Source of the DNA: Eledone cirrhosa
Lineage: Eukaryota
Length of the DNA stretch: 64,000 nt
Assembly (NCBI GenBank): GCA_964016885.1
Contig: OZ024743.1
Span: forward strand, 288,548,001-288,612,000
Direction: 5' to 3'
Under the pieces are notes generated by a model that saw only the letters and a list, made by a program, of their open reading frames with translations, did no database searches and was not told the DNA's origin. This document shows, in pieces, positions 13,629-27,799 of the stretch; the stretch's first letter is position 1; every line of letters starts with the position of its first letter. A program made the position numbers and the translations under genes.

Positions 13629-14334
13629 GTATGTATGTATGTATGCATGTATGTATGTATGTACGCATGTATACATGGGTACGTATGCATGTGTGTGTAT
13701 ATATGTACATATGTATGCATGCGTGTGTATGTGAATGCATGGCTGTATTTCTGCATTCCCGCTATGACCACACTAAAAGTTTAAGCTTACATCTAGGATT
13801 ATGCTATTCAATGTCTACGTAGGAAAACAGTATGTGTTTTTGCTACTATTTCTATCAGGTACAGCTACCATGTCGAGTCTTCAAATTCTAATGAAAGGAA
13901 GATGTTCTAAACCGCTTATTTCCAGATTTATGATATCTTTGTGTTCAGTCGATCTACTAGAAACTGAATCCCAAAATATATGCGCATATAGATACACACA
14001 CATAAAACACACATACACACACACGCACACACATAACCACAAATAAATACACATAAACGCACACATATATACGTGCTTTGCTTTTCACGTTCTCAGACAT
14101 ATCAGGCATTACATAGATAAATCATAATCCATTAGGTGTCTATACGCATAAAATACATAATTGGATCTTCCATCGATTAACCTTATATACATTTGCTTAC
14201 ACAAATCAAGTACCATGACCCTCAGAAGCTTCTTTAATATTTGCGTCTAAATATATCATATTGGAGTATATAAGACAATGATTGCGATGCAAAACACAAT
14301 ATATTCTAACGAGCGTATTCAAGCTGGTATATTA

Positions 14335-14412
14335 TATTCTTTTATACTCTTTTACCGTTTTACCTGTTTCCAGCCATCCGACTGAGGCCATGCTAGGGCA
14401 CCGCCCTTGAAA
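14335..14412 (-). mobile_element. SINE 3' tail fragment
   Basis: Minus strand tcaagggcggtgccctagcatggcctcagtcggatggctggaaacaggtaaaacggtaaaaga resembles a tail I recall from abundant octopus SINEs; not verified. Confidence 0.45.
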
Positions 14413-14416
14413 ATGA

Positions 14417-14483
<67 letters not shown>

Positions 14484-14582
14484 TATATATATATATATAT
14501 ATATTATACAATTTAGTATATTTACCGCTATGATTGGATATTCAGGCCTTTGTCTTAAGTGACCAGAATGATACATTCAACC

Positions 14583-14745
<163 letters not shown>

Positions 14746-14906
14746 ACTCGTCTATTTTTCTATCCCACCCTAGTACCTTCAACATGCCCAATCTCAAATA
14801 TTTTCCAACGGATGACAACATGAATGGACCTGTCATTTTCTCTAAAAACATTTTTTTCCAATTCCACCCCGTCCGAATATTCAATCTTTCTAATTTCTCA
14901 TTCTTT

Positions 14907-15008
<102 letters not shown>

Positions 15009-15359
15009 CTCGTATTAACACCTGAAGAAGGATTACTAATTTTATGCCTATGGTTTTTTGGCCGTATGGTCAAATTTTTGCCTTGAAACTTTGGTAGCGC
15101 ATTCATTCTGTGTTTGAACATAAATAGATTATACATGTATACCGCAAACCTGGAAGACCACGACATAAGAGAACACAATACTCATCTTCCAGGAAGTTCT
15201 GTGTGTTAGCCGAAACGGCTCTCATTGAGGTTATTTCTCTCTCCCCCACATACTCTTTATATTATTACATATACATTCATACATTCATACATACAAACAT
15301 ACATATGTCCTTTTTGTGTGTGTGAGTGTGTGTGAGGGAGGTTATGCATACGTATGTGC

Positions 15360-15403
<44 letters not shown>

Positions 15404-15522
15404 ATATGTAAGAGTCTGAGTATATGTATGTAAGTGTGTTGATGCATTCTAATAGAAGCAGGAACAGTGGAGAAGTTGTTATCTGGTTTTTGAAGGTTGG
15501 TAAAAAACGGGCATCTACTTAC

Positions 15523-15552
15523 TGACTTCAATAATGACATTTCGTTCGGCAT
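15523..15552 (-). CDS. Candidate 30-nt phase-0 micro-exon (MPNEMSLLKS) of the same ARID3 gene
   Basis: Minus strand: cacttctcctttcctctgcag|ATG CCG AAC GAA ATG TCA TTA TTG AAG TCA|gtaagt. It has a strong polypyrimidine tract with CAG, a consensus GTAAGT donor and a length divisible by 3. The open frame splices in frame to the 10432 acceptor. No transcript evidence. Confidence 0.5.
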
Positions 15553-15851
15553 CTGCAGAGGAAAGGAGAAGTGCTTTGGCTAGTTAAGGTTGGTAAGTTA
15601 TGGTGGTCAAGTTCATGTTATTATTATTATTATTATTAATATAATTATTATTATCATTATTATTATTGTTATTGTTATTATTATAATTATTATAATAAAA
15701 ATTAGCGGTTCTAATGACAAATGCTTACACATGTAAAACAAAAATAAACTAAAATAAATGAACAGCCTGAAGATACTTCGGCGAACTGCCCGCACTCACC
15801 CACATACATGTACGCGTACACCCACACATATGTTCACACATCACATACACA

Positions 15852-15901
<50 letters not shown>

Positions 15902-16204
15902 TGCCATATTTATCACATGAGACCCTATATATATGTGTTTGTGTCTGTGTGTGGATGTATGTGTATGCGTAGAGACTCGTGATAATATATGTCATACATA
16001 TGTTGCGTGTGTCATCGTGTTGCCAGGAAAGCACCACTGTATAGTATCTACTATTCAATCAAATGTAATCGATACTATATCTGTAAGTATGACGTACAGG
16101 CAATACAATCCCATAAACCATCGGGTTTGTTTAGTACACTAGGTTATTTCATTCTTTCTAAAATTGGGTCCCGGGGGAATTCTGCAATTTCATGAGGGTA
16201 AAAT

Positions 16205-16700
16205 CTCTTTTTCTTCTTCTGCTTCTTTGGCCACATATTCCTTGAAGCTTTGTTGGGGCAGACTCCTCAAACACGCGTTCCAGCAAGGCTTGTTAGAAGC
16301 AACTGTCTCCAATTGAACCAGCTAGATTTCTAAGAGAGATCATCCGAGCTCAGGGTTTACACTTGGCTTTCCTGTTTGTTGGTTTTAACCGAAAAATCTG
16401 TCCAACGAGTCTTTCCTGAAGCATTCTAAACAAATCTTCGTAGTATAAGAGCTGTGATCACTCAGTTCAGAGAAGTAGTGGCTCTAGCTGGAGCGAGTCA
16501 CTTATCTCTGAGTTACGCACTCTGTCGAGAAACGTTACTCCAAATATACTTCAACCCTATTTCGGCCGCATGTATTCGAGATCGTATTCTTTCGGTCATT
16601 ACGTAAGATTCTTGACGATAGGTAAAGGTTGGCCGGAACACTAATTTGAAGATAGCGAGTTCGGCTCTTAGACCTACTTTTCTGCATCTGAGGAGAGAAT
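16205..16700 (-). mobile_element. 5'-truncated, decayed RTE-clade LINE (Rex3/Expander-like ORF C-terminus)
   Basis: Minus-strand translation with frameshifts and stops: RAELAIFKLVFRPTFTYRQESYVMTERIRSRIHAAEIG...GVTFLDRVRNSEISDSLQLEPLLL...LFRMLQERL...LETVASNKPCWNACLRSLP. It is collinear with the RTE motif series PTLTYGHExWVMTERxRSRIQAAE...LRDRVR...EPLLL...W..LL..LP. Confidence 0.85.
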
Positions 16701-17002
16701 GCTGAGGGTAAGATCAGTTATAATGTTATAAATATTGTCGAACATTTATATTGCTATAGGAAAATCCTTATATAATTATGTATATATCTATGTGTACATA
16801 CACATACACACACACACACAGACCCCCCCCCCCACCCACACACATATATATATATATATATATATAAATATAATATATGTCAACTTTGTCTTTCATTCAT
16901 GTATGGATTTATATATATATATATAGAGAGAGAGAGGTAGAACACTGGAAGGTAATATCCGTAGTGGTAGAGAACTCGGTGCATGGGATGAGTTAGGTAG
17001 AC

Positions 17003-17062
17003 GTGGTAACACAACAGTTAGTTCACCATATCGATATGGTGAACTAACTGTTGTGTTACCAC
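17003..17062. repeat. Perfect 60-bp palindrome without spacer
   Basis: gtggtaacacaacagttagttcaccatatc|gatatggtgaactaactgttgtgttaccac, 3 nt from a long (TA)n tract. Confidence 0.97.
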
Positions 17063-17219
<157 letters not shown>

Positions 17220-17796
17220 TTTATATATATATATATACATACCGAATGAAACAGTTCTAGTCCTGTAGAAGCCATTTCTATATTAAATAGTTATACTCTG
17301 CTATGTATTGAGTACCTTACTGTGATTACCCCCGATTGAACCCGGGATAAACACACACACATATATATATATATATACATACATAGAGAGAGAGTAAACG
17401 GCAGGGTAAACAATAGGTAGATGAATTGATACATTATATATATATATTGAGAGAGAAAGAGGGAGGTAGAGGGAAAGAGAAAGAGAATGAGGTATGAGTA
17501 GCCATAGCAACAAATATATTTTCTTCTAGAACTCAATAACTAGGGCTCTTCTAATCATTGACGAAATATTTCTGCATCCTATTTAGTCAGAAGTAATTAG
17601 CTGTGCCCAAATTACCTCATATATATATACATTCGTAATTACTGTTGTGAAATGAATTATAAAACATTTATTGACTATATATATTCTTACTTACAATATA
17701 AATAGAACCGTTGAGTGTTTCATTAACGTCTGTCAGAATTTGTTGCTGTTTAGCTGACGGGTTGATTTGATATATGGTGCTATATATTATTTAGTT

Positions 17797-17893
<97 letters not shown>

Positions 17894-17995
17894 CCCCTCT
17901 CTATCTATCTATCTATTTATTTATATAATTATTTATTTATTTATCTGTCTATTTATCTATCTACCTATTTAGCTGTCTAAGATCTACCTCTCCAT

Positions 17996-18044
<49 letters not shown>

Positions 18045-18474
18045 TAAAGAGGGAGAGTAGGAGAGACAGAAAACAAAGAAACATAGAAAGAGAATGAAGT
18101 GTGTGTGTATATTCGTTAGTTCATCTGAAATGGAGTATGAAGTCATCATATACATTGACGCACAGCAATTATTAATGGAAGTGCCAAGTGTGTATCTGTG
18201 AGTACCTGTGTTTGTTTGCGTCTTTGTGAATGTGTAAATGCAATAAACTTTCTATCCAATCATTCATACATTAATTTGTCTATCTTTTGTCTTTTCATTG
18301 GCTCTTCCTCCATTCTCCCACTCTCACACTCTCTCCATGTCTCTATCTGTATGTCACATTATTTACCTATTTCCCAATATATTTCTCTAACTTTTTGTCT
18401 TCATGTATCTGCGTCTATATATATATATATAGAGAGAGAGATATAACGCGGTCGATGTAATATTTGATGAAGAA

Positions 18475-18730
18475 TGTAGCAACCCAGAAATTCACTTCTC
18501 AACCATAGCCTTCTGTGTTCGATCCCACTGTGTGATATTTTGCGTAAAGCTTGTAACTGAAGCTCTAGACAGAAACTGTTTTGAAACTTGTAGAATAGAA
18601 TGAACCTTTAATTCAAAAGGTCTGATTTGTCATTCATTGTATCGCTGTGAATTACTGCCACATACACGTTAATTTAACGGGCTTTCCGTTCTCTGAATGG
18701 ACCATTTTGAAACACACATCGCCGAGACCC
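18475..18730 (+). mobile_element. Old tRNA-derived SINE (family B/C type)
   Basis: B-box gttcgatcccac. The 3' part (gccacatacacgttaattt...) is shared with 29975-30065, 49430-49520 and 50960-51050. Confidence 0.55.
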
Positions 18731-18863
18731 TTTATCTTTTTTATATGTACACAGTCTATATATGACACATACTTGACCACCTAAATATATATTCAAAATC
18801 ATCAGAACGTTAAACAATGTTATGACCAATAAAACGAGAAGAAACACAGTAAAAGTTCATTTT

Positions 18864-18931
18864 AAAACATGCCATAATGAAAACATGCCATAATGAAAAC
18901 ATGACAGAATGAAAACATGACAGAATGAAAA
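18864..18931. repeat. 16-bp tandem repeat x4
   Basis: catgccataatgaaaa x2 followed by catgacagaatgaaaa x2. Confidence 0.85.
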
Positions 18932-20092
18932 AAAAAGCCATCCTCTGGCCCTCGAGCGGTAATGTTGACCTCCAAGTGATACGAACCAAAAGAACAAAGC
19001 GCCGAAACAATTGCCGAGTTATTTGATACAACGCTCTAACGACTTTGCCAATTTTTATTTCGCAATGACTTTATCATTAAATATCAAACTTCACGCTTAA
19101 TATCCGCAGAGCAAGCAGTATTTCTCACAAGAGGGGCTCTGCGAGGATTGGAAAGGGGGATGGACAAATTGCCATGTTTAATAAAATGAAGATGATATTT
19201 TTTAGCCCTAATTCTAGTAAAATATAATTTTACTATATTATAATGTTATGGGGACCCTTACACAATATGTTTATTTATAATTATACATTTAATCCCACTG
19301 TGAATATTTCAAGCTGTAATCTTAAGACAGCTACCTTGGTATCAGAGTATGAGGTGTGCGTACATATATTTCAGAGTTGTTACTTTTCTTTGGATCTCGC
19401 TTATTACGGCCATGCAGCGAGGTGTAAAGAAAGGGATAGTCACGTGGATCTTTCAAACAAACTTTTCTTGTCAAAAACTTAATTGTTTCTTAATCATATT
19501 GTATAACTTTATTCTGATTCCTGATATATTAGTGCTCGATCAACGGAATAGCCAAGTTGTGAAATTAACGTGTATTTCACAGACACGTGTGTTTAAATAT
19601 AATATCGCAGGGAAATACTGTGACACAGTGTGATACAGTGTTATAAGAATGGCCTTCTGAATTACAGGTACCGTACACCCAACGGGCTTCCAAACAATTT
19701 CTGTCTACCAAATATCCTAAGGGGGTCAGAAATGACACATACCGAAGATGCCACGGGACTTGTTAACGATGCGACCATTCTCCGCCTACAGTATTTTAAT
19801 ATCAGTCACTTACTACATAAGTAAAGCTAGAATTCAACTAGAACCTGGCGACTTATCACACTTACTAAATGAACTTTTTAGCCTAGTCAATCTTGTCTCA
19901 GTTATTCCCTCAATAATATTCACCCTTCACCTTATCTATCTAGTAAGAAAACCTAATCAAGGTAGCTTTAATCTGCATAAACTTAATAAACATGTTCATT
20001 GGCAATATATTTCATCATATTTCCAATAGATACTTACAATAGTTAGGTGTATATGAATAGGTATACACATACTTGACCTTACATTGTACTTA

Positions 20093-20196
<104 letters not shown>

Positions 20197-20579
20197 TGTG
20201 CGTGTGCGCGTCTGTGTGTGTGTAATATGCAAAAATTAAATTCTAGAGAAAACAATACCAAATTCCTGAACAAATATATTTAATGGCTGACAATTGTTTC
20301 GGGAACCATATCAGTATTATGAACACACAGATGATAATTATCGATAATAAAATCAATAATAGTAAGTGATATTAAAAAGAAAAGTTTGATATTGTCTCCT
20401 CATTGGTATTGCTTTTTCTAACATTTAATTCTTGTATTAACTCTGCTTGTATAATTTTTTGCTTGACATTATTACTTTGGCTTTCGTTGTTCGCTTGTCT
20501 TGCATCTAATAGTCATTGAGCACACTGTCCCCCTCACTACATATAATTCTCATAACTAATCACTTATCTCTCCTCTTCG

Positions 20580-20639
20580 ATTAGTTTGTATGCACAATTT
20601 TGATATATATATGTATATCAAAATTATGCATACGAACTA

Positions 20640-20641
<2 letters not shown>
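20580..20641. repeat. 62-bp near-perfect palindrome
   Basis: attagtttgtatgcacaattttgatata...tatatcaaaattatgcatacgaactaat, running straight into (TA)n. Confidence 0.9.
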
Positions 20642-20700
<59 letters not shown>

Positions 20701-21336
20701 TAAATATTTCACGAATACATCAGGAGCGTATTAATGGGTTGGCGTGGAAATATTTACTAGAGTGCTCAATTTAGTAGACACATCAATATATAGTGGATTG
20801 GCAATATGGGTAACAGACAGAATTAATCAGGCATTCGGGTGAGCAGAAATTGAAAAAACAAATAGACATTGAAGAAGAAACGGAGGTATGTTAATTAACA
20901 TAGAAAACAAATTCGATGTAGAAAAAAAATGTTTAGTAAATAACGAGGGAGGAAGTGAGAGAGAGAGAGAGAGAGAGGGGGTAACAGAGAGAGTGTGTGA
21001 GAGAGAGAGAGAGAAAAAGGGGAGAGAAAATCTATGATTTTGAAGTGTAAGATGGAAAGATCATGGGAAATGAAGAGATGTGGAAACACCTTTTTGTGCG
21101 TGCTACCTGATAAATCTCTGACATACATATCTATCTATCAATCTATCTATCTTTCCTTATGCCATAATCAATATTTATCTCCATGTCCCGCTTTTTTGTG
21201 CGGATACCTATCTGTATATGTGTATTTGTTTCGCAAAATCCGTATTTCCAACCTTTTCTCTTTATCACCAAACTTTCTATTTCTTGAAGAAAGACTTATG
21301 ACCGATACGTCGAAAACCTATATAAACATCTGTATA

Positions 21337-21404
<68 letters not shown>

Positions 21405-21918
21405 ACAGATGTTTGAATACTGAACCAGATTGCAACGTAACTCGAGTTAAATGCGCGATGTGCAAGAGTGCATTACCTTTATAACTGTCGTTCCATACGA
21501 TCGTCTCAAAGTTTTCACAATATACAACTAGAATAATTGCATCAACTTAAGTTCAGTGGAAAAACATCGGCGTTAGCTCGTGTAGTAACTGTTATGTTGA
21601 GACACATATTGTGGAACATTGAAAAGATATTGAACGCCTCTAATAAAATATATTACGTATGTATGTATGTATGTATGTATGTATGTATGTATGTATGTAT
21701 GTATGTATGTATGTATGTATGTATGTATGTATGTATATATATATATATATATATATATTAGAGAGAGAGAGTCCGACGTTTGAGCTCAGCCGTACCCTGC
21801 TGGATAATAGTCCTACTAGTCTAAAACTGGTATAATTCTGATTACTCTCTCTCGATCACTCTTTCTTTCTCTCTATGTATGTATACATACACACACACAC
21901 ACACACACACAAACACAC

Positions 21919-21956
<38 letters not shown>

Positions 21957-22425
21957 TGAGTGAGTGAGGGAGAGATGTCTCTGTGTGGGTCTGTGTGTGT
22001 CTGTGCGTGTGTATACGCTCTCACTATATATTTAATTTCTATTTAATCACATTCTACAGTATCATTTTGAACAATGAACCTATGAAAATAAGGAGCCGTG
22101 TACAAGGCGTCAGCGGTAACACTGAAAAAAAAACAAAAAAACAAGATTGAAAAGCTCTTTATTAGAATCTGCACCCAAATGCCACTTATCAACACATATA
22201 CATAACAAATATTTGATATCATCACAGCATTCAAACTTTCTTGCCCCATTTTTCTCTTTTTTCTGTTTTTTTTTCTATTTCTCTATTTGTACTTATATGG
22301 TTGTTATTGTTGGTTGTTGTTGTTGTTGCTGTTGTCGTTGTGATTTTTTCCTATTATTATTATGATGTATGGGTAGCTACATATATGTATATATGCGCAT
22401 ACATATGTTTATGTATATGTATATA

Positions 22426-22456
<31 letters not shown>

Positions 22457-22476
22457 GTGTGTATGTATATATAAAT

Positions 22477-22508
<32 letters not shown>

Positions 22509-22522
22509 GTATGTATATATAA

Positions 22523-22559
<37 letters not shown>

Positions 22560-22561
22560 CA

Positions 22562-22604
<43 letters not shown>

Positions 22605-22777
22605 CACATATATACACATATACATAGTAATACACATATACATATATATATATAAATATATATATATATAGTACATAAATATATATACATATATGTGCTC
22701 GTGTTTGTGCATATGTGTGTGTTCTTATAATTCTTACTATTACTATTACTACTACTACTGCTGCTGCTGCTGCTGTA

Positions 22778-22856
<79 letters not shown>

Positions 22857-22936
22857 TAAATTGTTGTGGCTATTTTTCTTGCAACACCCCGCATTCGCCA
22901 CCCCTGTGGTAAACAAAATGAAAGCATCATCATCAT

Positions 22937-22967
<31 letters not shown>

Positions 22968-23063
22968 AGCATCATCATCATCATCGTCATTGCCGACGTA
23001 TTTGTTCTTATAGTAGGTGGAGTTGTTATTGTTCCTGCTGTGCCTTCGTAGAAAATTCACATT

Positions 23064-24297
23064 CTCACCACCGACTCCAACCCCACCACCACCACCACCA
23101 ACAACCCCACCACCACCACCACCACTACCACCACCACCAACAACAACGCCAACACCACCACCAACACCACCACCACCACCACCACCACCAACAACAACGC
23201 CAACACCACCACCAACACCACCACCACCACTACCACCACCAACAACAACAACAATAACGCCACCACTTCATATACGATCACCAACACCACCACCACCAAC
23301 ACCACCTCCACCAACACCACCTCCACCACCACCACCAACACCACTACCACCACCAACAACAACAACAACAACACCACCACCAACACCACCACAACCACCA
23401 CCACCACCAACGCCAACACCACCACCACCACTACCACCACCAACAACAACAATAACGCCACCACTTCATATACGATCACCAACACCACCACCACCAACAC
23501 CACCTCCACCAACACCACCTCCACCACTACCACCACCACCAACACCACTACTACCACCACCAACAACAATAACGCCACCACCACCACCACCACCACCACC
23601 ACCACCACCAACACCACAACCACCACCACCAACAACAACAACAACACCACCACCAACACCACCACCACCACCACCACCAACACCACCACCACCAACACCA
23701 CCACCAACACCACCACCAACACCACCACCACCACCACCACCACCAACACCACCACCACCACCACCACCAACACCACCACCACCTCCACCACCACCAACAC
23801 CACCACCACCACCATCAACACCACCTCCACCACCACCAACACCAACACCACCACCACCACCACCATCAACACCACCTCCACCACCATCAACACCACCTCC
23901 ACCACCACCACCAACACCACCACCATCAACACCACCTCCACCACCATCAACACCACCACCACCACCGCCACCACCACCACCACCACCACCACCACCACCA
24001 CCAACACCACCACCACCACCACCGCCACCACCACCACCACCACCACCACCACCACCACCACCACCACCACCACCACCACCACCAACACCACCACCACCAC
24101 CACCACCACCACCACCACCGCCACCACCACCACCACTACCACAAACAATAACAGCATCATCAGCATAATCGCCAACAGTCGTCATCGTTGTCGCCGTTGT
24201 CCTCCTCCTCGTCACCATCAATCATCACTTCCATCATCATCATGGTCATCATCATTATCATTATCTCTGTCATCATCATCATCATCATCATCACCAC

Positions 24298-24330
<33 letters not shown>
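23064..24330. repeat. 1.1-kb (CCA/CAA)n low-complexity tract followed by (CAT)n
   Basis: Explains the Pro-, Val- and Gly-rich ORFs. caataacgccaccacttcatatacgatcacc is duplicated internally (about 23251 and 23449). Confidence 0.9.
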
Positions 24331-24985
24331 TATTATTCCAGTCGTTGTCATGATATATTCATTGTCATCTTCACCACCATTGTCATCATCATCGTCATTG
24401 TCGTAGTCGTCATCGACATCATCGTTGTCGTCATCGCAATCGTCATGATCATCATCGCCCTCTGCTATTATTACGTCTCCTTTCTTTTCTACACTTATCT
24501 ACCCCACTCTCGTCTCTCCTTCATTTCTTTCCTATTCCATTTTCTCCCCCTTTCATCCTCTCTTCTTATTCTACCCTCCCTTTTCATATTATCCCCGTAC
24601 AATTACAAAATGAAAGCTATATATACACAGTCCCAGCAATATCGCAAGTTTTATTCACACCATCGCCTTATATAAACAAACACATATAATATGTATAGAA
24701 TATCTCTTCTAATACGGTTGTTATTAATAATAGTACTACAACATTTATTAATCATTCTCTCCAGTCCCCATCTCTTCATCATCCTCACCACCACTATGGC
24801 TTTATTGCCTTTTTATTCATAATATGGCAGCATTAGTTGGGTATAAAAGCAAGGTTGCTAGATCAATTTCATAAGACTTGGGCAGAAATTTCAAACCGTG
24901 GCGGAGATTTGGAGAAAATAATCCCGAAATTAAAGCTTTGTTACCATCCCGCCCGTCCCCTCAATCTATCTTACTTCTCATTCTT

Positions 24986-25021
24986 TCTTCTGATGAAGGA
25001 CTAGCGTCCGAAACGTTGAGA
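24986..25021 (+). ncRNA. Minimal type-I hammerhead-ribozyme-like motif of the Penelope-associated kind
   Basis: TCTT-CTGATGA-A-GGAC tagc GTCC-GAAA-CG-TT-GAGA. Core boxes are intact, stem II is 4 bp, palindromic AACGTT replaces stem III, and stem I is 4 bp (TCTT/GAGA, one wobble). Confidence 0.6.
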
Positions 25022-25099
25022 CCCTCTTCCTGCTACATCATGCGTTAACCTATCCCTTCCATATACTGTACCGATTGTGTTTACCTTTTACATACATAC

Positions 25100-25166
<67 letters not shown>

Positions 25167-25290
25167 TAAATTTATATATATATATATATATATATAGATT
25201 TTGAGTTTATGTTGGTTGTATACCAACACCTCAGTATGCAGGCTGGAGCACTCGACGAAGTGCGCAGGTTGGTTTGGTTACTCCGGAGTA

Positions 25291-25420
25291 ATGTAAAATA
25301 AAGTTAAATAAAAAGTCAAATGTTTAAAATTTAGCTTCGTTTATTACTGCTATATATATAGCAGTAATAAACGAAGCTAAATTTTAAAGATTTGACTTTT
25401 TATTTAACTTTATTTTATAT
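25291..25420. repeat. 130-bp palindrome centred on (TA)5
   Basis: atgtaaaataaagttaaat...ttattactgc tatatatata gcagtaataa...atttaactttattttatat, with 2 mismatches. Followed by (TA)n. Confidence 0.95.
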
Positions 25421-26212
25421 ATATATATATATATATATATCTATCTTTCATCGTCATATATATATATGTGTGGGAGCGGGATATGTTTGTGAGTGTATGT
25501 GTGTGTTATATTTACATGTAGTGTGTTTGATGGCTAGTCGATTTAAATAAATCGACCACCCACCAGATTGCTCTCTGAGTTCCTCCTCCCACACTACTGA
25601 CCCCCTTGATAATGAATGGTAAATCCGAAAATATTTGAGGTCATTAAAATTGGTAATGTAAAATTCTACCGTGCTCACACTTTTCTCACTTCTTTTGTCC
25701 TATTTTCTCTTATTCTTATTACCTTGGCACTTCACACACGCATTGTCCGACTTCCAAATAATTAAACTTATTGCCTGGCTAGATTCCCATTCCTTATTTC
25801 ACAATGCTACAAGCAAACACTTTATAATTCTAAAGTTGTAAGAATTCAAAATTATTGAACAAATCAAAATGATAGCTTACACTCTAGAATGTGCGTGATC
25901 CGCTAGTCTTGGCTCATTCTGGCAAAGCTGATTATCTGTCTCCATCACCATGATCATTATCCTCCTCCTCCTCCCCCTCCTCCTCCTGCTCCTCCTCCTC
26001 ATCATCATCATCATATTTATGTTTTGTCTATATTTTTTAAATTGTCAATTTATTGCATAACGTCTTTTCCATCTTCCTTTCGTTTCTTTATATAACTAGT
26101 TTATCAAAACCTACCCCTCTTTGTAACTTGCCCTTACCATTTCTCGTTTTCTATGTATGAATAATGATGCATGAAATTGCCCTCAGTGACTTACAAAAGA
26201 AATCATTATGAT

Positions 26213-26875
26213 GAGTGATGGATTGGCAGAACCGTTAGAGTGCCAGGCAAAATACCTTACAGAATTTGTTCCGACTCTATGCATCCATAATGATGATAAT
26301 AAAAGCAGTTGTTTGCGTCCTGAGTTTAAATACCATCGAGTTCAACTTTGCCTTACATCCGGCAGTAGTTGATAGAATATGTACCAGTAAAGTACTGAGG
26401 TCTTTCTTTTCACTTAAAATTAGTTGGTTTGGTGCCCAAATGTGAAATCATTATGTCGAAGGCGGTGGATTGGCAGCGTCCGTATATCGTCAGGCAACAA
26501 TAGTTACGGCCTTTTACGTTCAGCGTTCAAATCCCATCGGGGGTAGCTTTGCCTTCTATCATTACCAGTCGATGAAATAAAGTACCAGTAACGCATTTGG
26601 GTTGACTTTACTCTTCCTTTCAAATTGCTAATGGTAGAAACAATTATTGTCCAAGAGCCCTCAGTCAACTCCTTTATCTTTTATAGTTTCTGTAAATCTC
26701 CGAAGAAGTTGGGGTCAGGATTGTTTTGCGATACTGTTTACCACTTCCTACGTTCTAAGTTCAAATCCTGCTGAGGTAAATCTTGCATTTAAATTAATTA
26801 CCAGTTAAGTACATAATCAGCTTTCCCTTTCCCATAAATTGTTGGTCTTCTTATGGCAATATTAAAATGAATTAT
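26213..26875 (+). mobile_element. Cluster of three old family-A SINEs
   Basis: Heads ggattggcag at about 26220 and 26467; gttcaaatcc B-boxes at 26525 and 26759; gtaccagt cores. Confidence 0.7.
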
Positions 26876-27124
26876 TGTAGTTGTTGTTAGGGTGGTCAAA
26901 TGGATTGATTTACGTACGTATATATATTTATGTATTTATAAGTGTTTAAATTGATCAGTAAATGTACTTACTTACACTACTATCTCAGAACAGGGATAAA
27001 TTATTTTTCGAACTATTCAGATGCAGATGAACGCATACACTCGCAATCACACAATACATACACGCAAAATATACACATGCATATTTACACATACATGCAT
27101 ATTTACACACATGCATATTTACAC

Positions 27125-27171
<47 letters not shown>

Positions 27172-27463
27172 CATATGTGTGTCTCTGTGTGTGTGCGTGT
27201 GCGTGCGTGTATATATATATTTATTTATGTATAGAAGTAAGAGCACACGCCGCGAAGTGCACCCGTCTAGTCACTTTATATGCTGCTCACACCCATTTTC
27301 TGTATATACCATAGTTGGAGCCTACTACATGTCATGTCACACCGCAGTGTAAAGAGCAGATATAAAAGAATGCTGAGGGTAGCAATAAAGATAAATGAAC
27401 CTAAAGAGAGTTTAAATTAAATAGAGTGGGTAATAGAGGGAGGGAAGGGAGGGGCATGGGAAA

Positions 27464-27675
<212 letters not shown>

Positions 27676-27799
27676 CCCTCCCATACATACATATATATAT
27701 ATGTATATATATATGCATACATATATACATATATATGACAAACTGAGACACAAAAGCAATTGGTGTTATTAGGTTCCCGCTTTCGATGAAAGAGAGAAG

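Noticed and set aside
20285-20320. Minus-strand GAAACAATTGTC as a hammerhead
   Set aside because: The 3' half with palindromic stem III is present, but there is no CUGANGA box or stem II partner.
23017-24168. 383-aa proline-rich extensin/formin-like ORF
   Set aside because: It is a (CCA)n repeat open on both strands with near-uniform codon use and no unique domain.
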